A stretch of DNA of 63,697 nt, counting the filler, from Theionarchaea archaeon (GTDB lineage: Archaea > Methanobacteriota_B > Thermococci > Methanofastidiosales > SZ-28-30), in NCBI GenBank assembly GCA_018992565.1. It is 3 parts of 3 records of this genome, joined end to end, with 100 filler letters (N's around TTAATTAATTAA, not from the genome) between each part and the next. Parts side by side here need not be neighbours in the genome. Positions count along the whole stretch, not along the records: positions 28,883 to 35,865 come from JACVGW010000115.1; positions 35,966 to 63,697 come from JACVGW010000027.1; 1 more part is not named here. One strand, 5' to 3'. A program made the translations under genes and the position numbers. The notes below the pieces were generated by a model. That model saw only the letters and a list, made by a program, of their open reading frames with translations, searched no databases and had not been told where the DNA came from. Positions within the stretch are counted from its first letter, which is position 1. Every line of letters begins with the position of its first letter. Of the stretch, positions 30,627 to 41,060 are shown piece by piece.

Positions 30627-32183
30627 ATGAAGAGTCGAAAGATCTTCGTGCTTGCCACAGTAAGTATGCTTGTTTTCTCACTAGTTGCTGTTAGTGCTAA
30701 GCCTACTAAGGGAGTAATCCATGTTCAGACCTTTGGCTATGAGGGAAGAGACCTGTTGAAGCTCAATGTTGACATTACAGGCGAGGATTCTGATTTCATG
30801 TACATATCAGTTGGCCCTGGTGTATTGAACAGAGTGACTAAGGAAATCAACGTGGAATACCTGCCCGTTATCCAGATCAGCGATACCAGCTTCAAGGTAC
30901 CCATGGCTTACATGACTGAAGTCGGCCCCAGCGAGTATGTCGCTGTGGTACCCAACAATGTAGCCAAGATGAAGTGGTCAATCAAAGATCAGATCAATGG
31001 CATGAATGGAAACGACGTTGTGAGGACTTTGGTGTGGTTCAAGGACCCCAATGCAGCCAACAAACTGGAGAAGTTCGGTAGCGTCTACTACTATTTCTTG
31101 AGTGGAATGGGTGCTGTTGTGGATATTCGTGTATCCAACATTAAAGCACTTTCTGAGGTCGCTGAAGTTGAGTTCGTGGAAGCTGACGGCGTTGCTCACA
31201 TCAACCTGTCTAGTAGTATACCTCTGATCAACGCAGATGATGCCTGGTCTGCTGGATACGATGGTACTGGAGTTAAAGTCTGTATCATCGACACCGGTGT
31301 TGATCCCAACCACTGTGACTTCCCCTCAGGAAAGATTGTGGCCTGGGCAGACTACGTCAACAGTCAGTCATCACCATACGATGACCATGGACACGGTACC
31401 CACTGTTCCTCAATTGCTACCGGTGAAGACAGCCCCAAGGGTGTTGCTCCAGGTGCAGATCTGATGCTTGCCAAGGTGTGTACATCTGGCGGTTCATGCT
31501 CTGACAGTGCAATCATCCAGGGTATTGACTTCGGTGTCGCCCAGGGTGCTGACGTGGAATCTCTGTCTCTGGGTGGAAGCGGTGGTGACGGTACCAGCGC
31601 AATAGCTCAGGAGTGCAACTGGGCAGTAGGTCAGGGCGTTGTCGTCGTATGTGCTGCTGGAAACAGCGGTTCATCCTGCTGCACTGTTGAAACACCTGGT
31701 GATGCTACAGACGTCATCACTGTTGGTGCTTCTGACAAGTCAGATGCTCTGGCCAGCTTCTCTTCCAGAGGTCCTACCACAGACGACAGAATAAAGCCTG
31801 ATATTACAGCTCCCGGTGTATCCATCTACGCTGCTGACGCAGGAACCTCATGCAGTGATGTTGCCATGTCTGGTACATCAATGGCCACACCTCACATTGC
31901 AGGTGTTGTTGCCTTGATGCTGGACGCCCGCAGTACCGCCACCCCGTTGCAGGTCAAAAACTGCCTGGGTGCTACTGCCATTGACAAAGGTAACACCAAC
32001 AAGGACTGCCTGTGGGGATGGGGCCGTGTAGATGCATATGCTGCAGTACAGCAGATTATCAGCAACCCCAACGTGTCTCCACCAGCTGATGGAGACTGTG
32101 GCTGCGAATGTGGTGGTTCCTGCCTTGGAACTGCACTTATATCTGCTCTCGTACTGCTAGGTGTAGCAATCAAGCGACGATAA
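30627..32183 (+). CDS. S8 subtilisin-like serine protease with C-terminal Cys motif, TM and basic tail
   Basis: Signal peptide; IIDTGVD, HGHGTH, GTSMATPH; ends CGCECGGSCLGTALISALVLLGVAIKRR; GGAGGTGA RBS. Confidence 0.95.
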   Translation: MKSRKIFVLATVSMLVFSLVAVSAKPTKGVIHVQTFGYEGRDLLKLNVDITGEDSDFMYISVGPGVLNRVTKEINVEYLPVIQISDTSFKVPMAYMTEVGPSEYVAVVPNNVAKMKWSIKDQINGMNGNDVVRTLVWFKDPNAANKLEKFGSVYYYFLSGMGAVVDIRVSNIKALSEVAEVEFVEADGVAHINLSSSIPLINADDAWSAGYDGTGVKVCIIDTGVDPNHCDFPSGKIVAWADYVNSQSSPYDDHGHGTHCSSIATGEDSPKGVAPGADLMLAKVCTSGGSCSDSAIIQGIDFGVAQGADVESLSLGGSGGDGTSAIAQECNWAVGQGVVVVCAAGNSGSSCCTVETPGDATDVITVGASDKSDALASFSSRGPTTDDRIKPDITAPGVSIYAADAGTSCSDVAMSGTSMATPHIAGVVALMLDARSTATPLQVKNCLGATAIDKGNTNKDCLWGWGRVDAYAAVQQIISNPNVSPPADGDCGCECGGSCLGTALISALVLLGVAIKRR

Positions 32184-32191
32184 GTGGAATA

Positions 32192-32216
32192 TTCTCTCTT
32201 TCTTCTTTTTATTTTT
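32192..32216 (+). terminator. T-rich archaeal terminator
   Basis: TTCTCTCTTTCTTCTTTTTATTTTT just after the subtilase stop. Confidence 0.55.
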
Positions 32217-32410
32217 AGACCTTATTTCCTCGTTCTAACTAGTCTCTGATTTTTCACTAACGTTCCCCAGAGCCCCGGATGATGGGCTACCTCACCAGCC
32301 TTACAAAACAGGAATTCATAAACAGATGAAGCTCCTTGCTATGAAACAACAGGTCCGCCTTCTTGAGAGAACAGAAAGGTATAAAAACCCCTCTGAAAAG
32401 GGTGATAGTT

Positions 32411-35400
32411 ATGAACGAGTTCACAAAAAAGGACCAGGAAATCATGAATCTCTTTGAGGACTACGTGGAAGAATGGATGGTTAATTCCTTCGATAGGTTA
32501 ACCCTTCCTCAGAAAGAAGCATGGCCCCTGATTGCTCGTGGTGAGAATACCCTCATATTTTCGCCTACTGGGTCAGGAAAGACACTGGCTGCCTTCTTAT
32601 TCTGTATTAATGAGCTCTTCAAATTATCCGTTTCCCAGGAATTGCAGGACACTGTCTATGTCCTGTATATATCTCCTCTGCGTGCATTGAGTAACGACAT
32701 TCACAAGAATCTGTATCAGCCTCTCCGTGGCATCTACAACATTCTCAGGAAAAAGAATATTCACTGCCAGCCAATCCGATCACGAGTAAGGACAGGAGAC
32801 ACCAGCAGCGCAGAACGAGCAAAAATGTCTAGAAATCCGCCTCATATACTCATAACTACACCTGAAACATTGTATATCATGCTGACCACCAGCAAGTTCA
32901 GAAAACACCTGAAAAATGTCAGATACGTTATTGTAGATGAAATCCATGCACTGGCAGGTTCTAAGAGAGGAGTCCAGTTGTCCGTATCGCTGGAACGGCT
33001 TACCCACCTGCTGGACAAGAATCCTGTGCGAATTGGTCTGTCTGCAACTCAATCTCCCGTAGAAGAGATTGCCAAGTTCCTCGTGGGAATGGAACAGGGC
33101 ATCCCCAGAAAGTGCGCTATTGTCAATGTGGGGGCCAGGAAAAATCTGGATTTGCAGGTTATCGCTCCTGTAGATAACTTGCTGGATGCCAAAAATGATG
33201 TGGTATGGTTTGCAGCATATCTCAAACTTCTGGACATGATCAAAACTCATGAAACAACACTCATTTTCACCAATTCCCGATACAGAACAGAACATATGAC
33301 ACTGCAGCTTCGAGAACTGGCAGAAGAGGAAGCGCTGCAAATAGGAAGTCATCATGGATCCATGTCCCGTTCCATACGGCATACCATTGAGGACCAGCTC
33401 AAGCACAATGAACTCGACGCAGTTATTGCCACCTCCTCTCTGGAGCTAGGCATAGACATTGGATCAATTGACCTTGTATGCAGCCTGGAGAGTCCCAAAT
33501 CTCTGTCCAGCGGTATGCAGCGCATAGGAAGAGCAGGTCATCTGCTCAAGGAAACCAGCAAGGGAAGGATTGTGGCCACAGATCCTGATGATCTCGTGGA
33601 ATCTGCAGTCCTGGTGAGAGGTATATCCAACGGGATCATTGACACAACGTTCATTCCCTTCAATGCATTGGACATTTTAGCCCAGCAAATTGTGGCCTGT
33701 GTTGCAGCTGATGACTGGAATTCAGACCAGTTATATGCCCTGATAACCCAGTCGTACTGCTATCACACCCTATCCAGAGAGGACTTCGAGAGAACCCTGA
33801 CCATGCTCTCATCTCAGATCTCCAGGAACATCTACCCCAAAATCTTCTACGACAGGATCAACAGGAGAATCACTGGAACTAGAGGCTCCCGGAATATTGC
33901 ATTCCGCTGCGGCGGAGCTATCCCCGATGTCTCAAGTTACGACGTCTTCCAGGGAAAATCCAAGATTGGGACTCTGGATGAAGGGTTTGTCGAACGTATT
34001 CGCCCTGGAGATGTGTTTATTCTGGGGTCTCAGGCCTGGCAGATGGTTGGGTTAGACAAGAAAAAGGTACTGGTTCAGAATGTGGCGGGAGTGCCGCCCA
34101 CTATCCCATACTGGGGAGGAGTGAGGCCATCTCGAACATATGACCTGGGACTTCTGGTAGGAGAATTCAGGCGAAAAATGGAGCAGGAAATCCTCGCCGG
34201 AAAAGACGTTGAAGGCTGGCTCCAGGCAGAGTACTTCCTGGATGCAGATGGGGCTGCAGCTGTCGCCAAATACTACAGAGAGCAGTCCATGATGTTGGGG
34301 GTCATTCCTTCTCATGCCAACATCGTGGTGGAATCGTTCAACAATGAACTGGGACATCAGCAGATTGCTGTGCATTCCCCTTTCGGCGTGCGTGTCAACG
34401 ATATCTGGGGATATGCCCTGGTTAGAGCTGTGGAAGAATTGTATGGAGTCAGGGCAGGAATGGCAACTGTAGATGATGGGATACTACTCACCCTGCCTGA
34501 GGAGAAAGTAGTGAGCCCGCAAGAGGTAGTCAGTCTGGTCACTCCCGAATTCATAAGAGAAAACGTTGATACCATAATTCTGGAATCTCCTGTTTTTGCT
34601 TCCCGGTTCCGTCACTGTGCGGTAAGATCATTCCTCATTTTGAGAGAGTATTCAGGAAAACGGGTTCCAGTATGGCTCCAGAGCTTAAGGGCAGCCGATC
34701 TATTTGAAGAAGTCAAATCAGATAGACTATTTCCCATAGTAAAGGAAGCACTCAGAGAAAGTGTGGAAGATGCCTTTGACCTTCCCCACTTGACAGAGAT
34801 TCTCAGGAGGGTCAAGAGAGGTGAAATAAGAATCACGTACTGCGAATCACGAATACCTTCCCCGTTTATTCACCAGCTCTTACTGGTAGGTCAATTTGGG
34901 GATTTCGGCCAGATCTCTAATGAGGAAAGGAAGTTGCGATTAATTCATCTACATCGCCAGGTCTTGAAGCAATTGATTGATGAAGATTTGATTGAAAGCC
35001 TTTTAGTGGAAAGAGAAGTCGTCCGTGTGGAACACGAACTCCAGCTCCTCCTGGAGCATCAGAAAGCACGATCTGCAGATGAACTGGCCAGAACTCTACA
35101 GACGCTGGGAGACGTGACAGCAGAAGAAATGGAAAGAAGAGTAAAAGAGAGCTGTTGGCAGCTCCTGGAGACGTTATGTGCCCAGAAGCAAGTTGTTCAG
35201 GTATGGGTGCCCTTTGGCGTGCCTGAAGAGCGCTGGATTCCCACGGAATTCTACAGTGCATACAAGGCTGCCTTTGCCAGGCATGCCAGAAGTGAATCTG
35301 GGCTAACAAGACGTCACTCGTTTTGTACAGTTGGCGTCTTGAGAAATGGGAGAATCGAAGAGGAAGAATCTGAACAGTGGATTCCAAAAGACATGAGAAC

Positions 35401-35865
35401 TGATGAAGACCATTTCAAGTCCCGGCTGGCAATCATAAAGAGATTTTTCAGCAGGCATGGCCCTGTGGCCAAGTATGAGCTTATGGAGCGGTATGGCCTG
35501 TCTTCTGAAAGCGCAGGTAGTCTGGTGGAAACTCTGGAAGAGGAAGGGGTTATTACACATGGTTCCTTCGTAGCCAGCAAAGACACTCCCCAGTGGTGCT
35601 GGAGACGCACCCTGGAAGAACTGCACAGAAGGAGTCTTCAATCACTGAAGGAGCAGGTAAAACCACTCTCTGCAGACAGGTATGTGGATTTCATGATAAA
35701 ATGGCAGAATGTCCATCCTCAGACAGCTCTCCAGGGGAAAGAAGGAGTGATCCAGGTAATCAAAAAACTCGAGACCTGGGAAGAACACATTACATGCTGG
35801 GAGAGATATCTCGTGAGCAGCAGGGTTCGTGACTACAGGAAAAAATATCTCAATGAACTAATCAG
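32411..35865 (+). CDS. lhr: Lhr-family ATP-dependent helicase (3' truncated at contig break)
   Basis: SPTGSGKTLAAF, YISPLRAL, VDEIH, GLSAT, HHGS, LELGIDIG, QRIGRAGH; GGTGA RBS before ATG 32411. Confidence 0.93.
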
Positions 35866-35965
35866 NNNNNNNNNNNNNNNNNNNNNNNNNNNNNNNNNNN
35901 NNNNNNNNNTTAATTAATTAANNNNNNNNNNNNNNNNNNNNNNNNNNNNNNNNNNNNNNNNNNNN
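35866..35965. other. Artificial contig-join linker
   Basis: N-run with central TTAATTAATTAA. Confidence 0.95.
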
Positions 35966-36004
35966 CAAAAGAACCTTTATATGCATCAACATCCTCTACC
36001 ATAC

Positions 36005-36415
36005 ATGGCACGCAGTGAAAAAGGAAGCGAAAAGGAAGAAAAAGATCAGGAGAAATCTGAGAAAGGAGAAGGAAAATATCAGAAAGACCCACTGGGAGGA
36101 GTCTTCTTCGGACTCATACTGCTTACTGTTGGCGTTGTCTATATTCTGCGATCACAGCTTCCCCATCCCGAAATGTGGTGGGCCTGGGTCCTCCTGGGCA
36201 TAGGAATCGTATCCCTGCTGGACGCTGGTGTCCGCTACTCACGACCTGAGTGGAGGAGACCTGTTTTCGGCAAGGTGATGCTTGGCATCATACTGATTAC
36301 CATTGGAGGAAGCATGGTCTACGATCTGGAAGTCTCATGGGCCCTCATCTTGATTGCTGTTGGAGCTATTATGTTGATATATTACCTGGGAAAAGCTATA
36401 GTGCAGAACCCATGA
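36005..36415 (+). CDS. Small 4-TM membrane protein (LiaF-like TM region)
   Basis: Charged N-terminus, GLILLTVG, WALILIAVG; TATA CCTTTATAT upstream. Confidence 0.75.
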   Translation: MARSEKGSEKEEKDQEKSEKGEGKYQKDPLGGVFFGLILLTVGVVYILRSQLPHPEMWWAWVLLGIGIVSLLDAGVRYSRPEWRRPVFGKVMLGIILITIGGSMVYDLEVSWALILIAVGAIMLIYYLGKAIVQNP

Positions 36416-37529
36416 AGCGATCCCACCAGTATTTCACTACATTGAAGTCCTTTTCCCGTGCAATGCAAGCGATTCCTCCATCACCAAAGCTCTTCACAAC
36501 ATCCCCAATATAGTACCTGGGGAATAAACTGGAGGACACGATAAGCCTTCCCCTTTCCCCTTTTTTCATTTCATATAACATTTTTATCTTCTTTCCTGTC
36601 TGAACTTCAAAGAGATAATAATCGTAATTGGGAAAGCAGTAAGGTCTCTCATCCAGTTGCTGGGCATAAAACCCTTCTGTTGCCCCGTAGATGTCGCGGA
36701 GAGCCTTATACCTGTACATTCCGCGCAGGGCAGGGTTATACCTGGCATGGACATTGGGCAGGCTGCTGGATATTAAAAGGAGGTTTTTCCACTTATCCTT
36801 AGGGTATACCCCGTATTTCTTCCTGGTCACCTTTCCAAATAGTAACATCAACTGGGCAATCCCTATCATGGCTGTGACGTTGAGCGACTCCGCCTTTTCA
36901 CAGATGTAGTCAAGGCGCAGCCTGGACTCTGCCTCAACCCGCTGAGTGCCGAACTGGTTAATCTCGTCCACAGGGTACACCAGGTTCAACCCCACCTTCT
37001 GGGCCAGGTTTCTTGAATATATACCTGATGAATACCCATAAACCTGTTCAGTATCCCCACATGATTCTGTGCCTGCCACTGAAGGGTAAATGAATAACAG
37101 AATACTCCCATCAAATAAAGAGATATCCCCTGTCCTGTACACGTAGTTCATGAGACACCGGGGGCCCAGGACAAGCCGTTCTTCACTCTCCTGCTCTGTA
37201 TACGGGATGATCTTGGAAGGTCCTGTTGTCCCCCTGGTAATGCCCCAGTCAATGGGTTCATCTGTGAGTAACGCCTGCCAGGAGCCCTGTTTCACCTTCT
37301 GGAGCCAGGGAGCAAAATGGGAGAACCTGGCAACAGGGAAGTTCTTCCGGTATTCCTCCATGGTGCTGATATCCTGCGCTCCATACGTTTTCCCATAATC
37401 TGTCTTCCTGTATTTTTGAATGAGATTCTGAAATACATTATTTTGAGCGTCTTCTGGATTTTCCAGTGCGGAATACCATGAACTCACAAAGAACTCCAGG
37501 AAGTTGCTGTTCATGGGGTAACCAGCCAA
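36396..37529 (-). CDS. GH3 (acyl-adenylate) family protein, short form
   Basis: TDYGK, TRGTTGPSKIIPYT, YGATEGF, YLFE, LFPRYYIGDVV. Confidence 0.85.
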   Translation of the reverse strand: MAGYPMNSNFLEFFVSSWYSALENPEDAQNNVFQNLIQKYRKTDYGKTYGAQDISTMEEYRKNFPVARFSHFAPWLQKVKQGSWQALLTDEPIDWGITRGTTGPSKIIPYTEQESEERLVLGPRCLMNYVYRTGDISLFDGSILLFIYPSVAGTESCGDTEQVYGYSSGIYSRNLAQKVGLNLVYPVDEINQFGTQRVEAESRLRLDYICEKAESLNVTAMIGIAQLMLLFGKVTRKKYGVYPKDKWKNLLLISSSLPNVHARYNPALRGMYRYKALRDIYGATEGFYAQQLDERPYCFPNYDYYLFEVQTGKKIKMLYEMKKGERGRLIVSSSLFPRYYIGDVVKSFGDGGIACIAREKDFNVVKYWWDRFMGSAL

Positions 37530-37651
37530 TAGAGATAGATAAGTGTTTGGGGTTGCAGGTGAATCTCTTTGATTGCATGGCGGAGAAAATGATCTACCCT
37601 GAAAAAAAATCGTGCTTCAGAATCATCACAAAAAAAGAAAAGAAGAAAAAG

Positions 37652-37981
37652 TCATTCCTTTGAGAGTCCATTGAATATCTGCTTCATACTCTGCACATAG
37701 TCTTTGAAGGCACTTCGGCCTCTTTCAGTCAGTTTGAGCATTGTGTGAGGCTTTCTATCCACAAATTCTTTCTCAACCTCAATGTAACCTGCTTCCTCCA
37801 GCTTGGTCACATGTGAAGAGAGGTTTCCCGATGTCAGCCCTGTCTGGCTCTGCAAGAACAGGAAGTCTGCACTGTTCACCACGTACAGGTGAGCCAGGAT
37901 CAGGAGCCTGGCTGGCTCATGAATGAGTTTGTCAATGTCTGCAATGGGTTCCAAATCCTCTGTGTCTTTGATGGGGCTCAT
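37652..37981 (-). CDS. Winged-helix transcriptional regulator (HTH_34 type)
   Basis: DKLIHEPARL.I, GLTSGNLSSH..KLEEAGYIEVEKEF. Confidence 0.92.
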   Translation of the reverse strand: MSPIKDTEDLEPIADIDKLIHEPARLLILAHLYVVNSADFLFLQSQTGLTSGNLSSHVTKLEEAGYIEVEKEFVDRKPHTMLKLTERGRSAFKDYVQSMKQIFNGLSKE

Positions 37982-37992
37982 AGTCTGTCTCC

Positions 37993-38427
37993 TCAGGAGA
38001 TATCCTGCTCTGGATATTTCTGCACAAATCGAACAAGCAGTACCAGTCCCATGAGCAGACTGACACAGCCCAATCCCAGGAGAGCTGCAGAACCCACGCT
38101 ATCACCAAGNNNNNNNNNNNNNNNNNNNNNNNNNNNNNNNNNNNNNNNNNNNNNNNNNNNNNNNNNNNNNNNNNNNNNNNNNNNNNNNNNNNNNNNNNNN
38201 NNNNNNNNNACATACGACCATACACTATCAGTGAGGAGGCGCAGTCCCAGTCCCATCACCATGACACCAAACATGATGTCCCAGAGACCGTCCTCGAAGC
38301 GGGACTGCCAGGCCTTTCTCTCCAGGTTATTCAGGTCGATTTTCTGTTCTGCCTTCTCACGTTTCACTACATCATGAGGGGGTGACGTTCCCCTCGTTTC
38401 CATCGTGTGAGCTGTCATTATGACCAC
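37993..38427 (-). CDS. Membrane protein interrupted by gap 38110-38209
   Basis: ERKAWQSRFEDGLWDI + TMs; probably co-transcribed with the HTH regulator; start and true length uncertain. Confidence 0.65.
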   Translation of the reverse strand: MVIMTAHTMETRGTSPPHDVVKREKAEQKIDLNNLERKAWQSRFEDGLWDIMFGVMVMGLGLRLLTDSVWSYXXXXXXXXXXXXXXXXXXXXXXXXXXXXXXXXXXLGDSVGSAALLGLGCVSLLMGLVLLVRFVQKYPEQDIS

Positions 38428-38461
38428 CTCTGCAATACATGGTATTTTGTACTATATAAAG

Positions 38462-38476
38462 CTTTGCACTGCAAAG
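38462..38476. promoter_or_regulatory. Palindrome CTTTGCA-C-TGCAAAG over the BRE position of the minus-strand promoter
   Basis: Immediately upstream (minus strand) of TTTATATA at 38453-38460. Confidence 0.65.
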
Positions 38477-38540
38477 TATTCCGTATCATAATAATTGTGG
38501 ATATGATATAAAGATGCAATACAATAGAAGAAAGAGCTGG

Positions 38541-41060
38541 CTACTTTGTTCTCCTGATGAGAGAGCTTCCGTCTGGCAGTTCTTCAACAAGGAATGCTTC
38601 TGGCAATGCTTCCTTAATCTCCTCAATATGGGTGATTACCACAATCTGAGCAAAGTGATTTCGAAGTTCGGCAATGGCTGCCAGTAAATTCCTGCGTCTT
38701 TCAATGTCAAAGCTGCCAAAACACTCATCAAGAAAGAGGCTCTGGATGCGAGCGAAACTCCCCAGAGAAGACAAAGACACCAGGACCTGTGAAATACCAA
38801 CACGCAGACAGAGGTTGATCAAATCCTTTTCCCCCCCAGAAAACCGAGATATAGGGTAATACTCTCCATCATAGTAGACAGTAACCGAGTAGTCCTTCCC
38901 CAGGTCAATATAAGCGTATTTTCCTTCTGTTATCTCTCTCAGTAACAGGGAAGCTTCGTTCCTGATTCTGGGCCTCAGTCTGGACTGTATCTGAACTGGT
39001 ATCTGTCTGAATGCCTCCTGCAGTATGGCAAATGTCACAATCATACTCTCCAGGTCTTTCTGGTTTTTCTTCAAATCCTTCAATTCCTCTTTCACACGGT
39101 GCAATCTCTGCAGTTCTTTTTCCTTTTCCTGGTACAGAGTTTTCTTTTCTGTATGTTGTCTGGATATTTCAAGTTCTTTTTCCAGGATGCGGTCTCTCTT
39201 GTCCTTTATTGCCTCAAACGTATCTGGAATGGCCACCATCTTCTCAGTATGAAGCCGTATTTCTCCTGCCTCATTCATTTTTCTGCTCAGGAGTTGTTCT
39301 GCTTCTCCCATGTATCGGATAATGTCATCCTTTTTTGAGATTCGTTCGTTCAGTCTAATTATCTCTCGTTCTACTGCAGACATCTCTTCTATTTTCTTCT
39401 TGGTGGTCTCATAGGTATCAGGATCAAAGTGCAGGCGGTCTATGTCCTCTTTCAATTTCTGGATTTTGACTTCTCCTTCCTCCAGGTTCGAAAGTCTCTT
39501 CCTGTACTCCATGATATTCTCCTGGACTTCTTTTTTCCTCTTTCTGATAGTCTCCAGGCTGACTTCAGCTTTCACGTATTGCTGCTCTTCTTTTTTCAAT
39601 GCAGTGAGCGTGGCTTCTTCTCTCTTCAATTCCTGTATCGTGTTCTCCAGTTCCTTCCTCATTTCATGGAGATGGGTTTCCCTGGACACGTACTTCTCAA
39701 GAGCTTTCTCGTGGCCAGCAATCTCGGCACGATAGCGGGCAATCAACTGCTCCATGTGCTCTTTTTCCAGGGGTCTCTTGCACTTTGGACAGGGTGCACC
39801 CACCCCCAGTGACTCCACATCTTCAAGTTCCAGGGTGAGGTCTGCTATCCTTCCCTGGCATGTCCTCTTCTCTGCCAAGAGCTCAGCTTCTTTATCCTTT
39901 ATCTTATCGAGCTTTCCTGCTTCCTCTTCCCTTCTCTGAGGAATATCGCTCAGTGCGCTTATTTTCTCCTTTACTGCCTCCAGCAATGCCCCTGTTTCTC
40001 CCAGTTCCTCCTCCTGGGTTTCCATGTTCTGAATGTCCCGACTGCACTCCATTAGTCTCTCATGAAGGTTCCTCTGAGTAACTGAAATCTCAGTCTCCAG
40101 ATTCTCTTTCTCCTTCACTTTCTTATCATACACTGATTTGAGGCTATCCAACCGAGAAAAGGACTCTTTCACCTTCAAGAATTCATCATACTGCGGCTGC
40201 ACTTTCCTTTTTGTCACTTCTGCTTCCTCAATTTTCCTGAGATCTTCTTTTCGGTTTTCCAAAATGGTTCTGGTATTTTCAACATCATTCTCCAGGATTT
40301 TTAGCCGGGACTGCAGGGTCTGGTATCGCTGATACTCTTCCTCCAGCAGGGAATATTCCTTCTTCACAGAGTCAGACTCCTGCTGTACCATATCATACTC
40401 CCTCCTGAGATGTGCAACCTGCACTTTCAGTTGGTCACATTCGGCCTCTACTTCCGGCAGTCCATCAATGTCTTTTTCTCTCTCCTTCATGACCATCTGG
40501 ACAGCCAGCAGCTCATTCTCCTTCTCTTTTTTCCTGTTCTTGGCAGCTTCTTCAAACTTCTCATATATCTTCAAGTTGAAGAGCCTGTTAATCAATTTCT
40601 TCCGTTCAGAAGCAATCTTCGAGGTAATTAAGTCCAGTTCCTTCTGCCTGATAAAAGAAGAAGAGATGAACCCTTTCACATTCAATCCAACATCCTGCTC
40701 AATTCGCGTCACCACTTCGGTGGACTTTCTGGCCTGCAGCTTCCCATCAATCCATAACCGGGACTTGATCCCACGCTTTGCATTGAGGTAACGCGTCACC
40801 TTGTACACGTGTGACCCCAGCAGAAATTCCACTTCAACACCCATTTCTTCCTCTCCATCCCTGATGAGGTCTTTCTGTTTGACACCTTCCTTCCCCTCCA
40901 TGCTCTGCGCCACCCCGTACAGCCCCCAGGTGACAGCCTCAAGGAGGGAGGATTTCCCTGCACCATTATTCCCAAATATGCCTATCAGAGAGTTATCTAA
41001 CGCTATATTGGCCTTCTTATACTTTTTGAAGTTTACCATGTGCACAGACTTGAGAATCAT
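38541..41060 (-). CDS. rad50: Rad50 DNA double-strand break repair ATPase
   Basis: GNNGAGKS, Q-loop, coiled coils with CPKC zinc hook, FSGGE, LFLDE, ITH. Confidence 0.93.
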   Translation of the reverse strand: MILKSVHMVNFKKYKKANIALDNSLIGIFGNNGAGKSSLLEAVTWGLYGVAQSMEGKEGVKQKDLIRDGEEEMGVEVEFLLGSHVYKVTRYLNAKRGIKSRLWIDGKLQARKSTEVVTRIEQDVGLNVKGFISSSFIRQKELDLITSKIASERKKLINRLFNLKIYEKFEEAAKNRKKEKENELLAVQMVMKEREKDIDGLPEVEAECDQLKVQVAHLRREYDMVQQESDSVKKEYSLLEEEYQRYQTLQSRLKILENDVENTRTILENRKEDLRKIEEAEVTKRKVQPQYDEFLKVKESFSRLDSLKSVYDKKVKEKENLETEISVTQRNLHERLMECSRDIQNMETQEEELGETGALLEAVKEKISALSDIPQRREEEAGKLDKIKDKEAELLAEKRTCQGRIADLTLELEDVESLGVGAPCPKCKRPLEKEHMEQLIARYRAEIAGHEKALEKYVSRETHLHEMRKELENTIQELKREEATLTALKKEEQQYVKAEVSLETIRKRKKEVQENIMEYRKRLSNLEEGEVKIQKLKEDIDRLHFDPDTYETTKKKIEEMSAVEREIIRLNERISKKDDIIRYMGEAEQLLSRKMNEAGEIRLHTEKMVAIPDTFEAIKDKRDRILEKELEISRQHTEKKTLYQEKEKELQRLHRVKEELKDLKKNQKDLESMIVTFAILQEAFRQIPVQIQSRLRPRIRNEASLLLREITEGKYAYIDLGKDYSVTVYYDGEYYPISRFSGGEKDLINLCLRVGISQVLVSLSSLGSFARIQSLFLDECFGSFDIERRRNLLAAIAELRNHFAQIVVITHIEEIKEALPEAFLVEELPDGSSLIRRTK

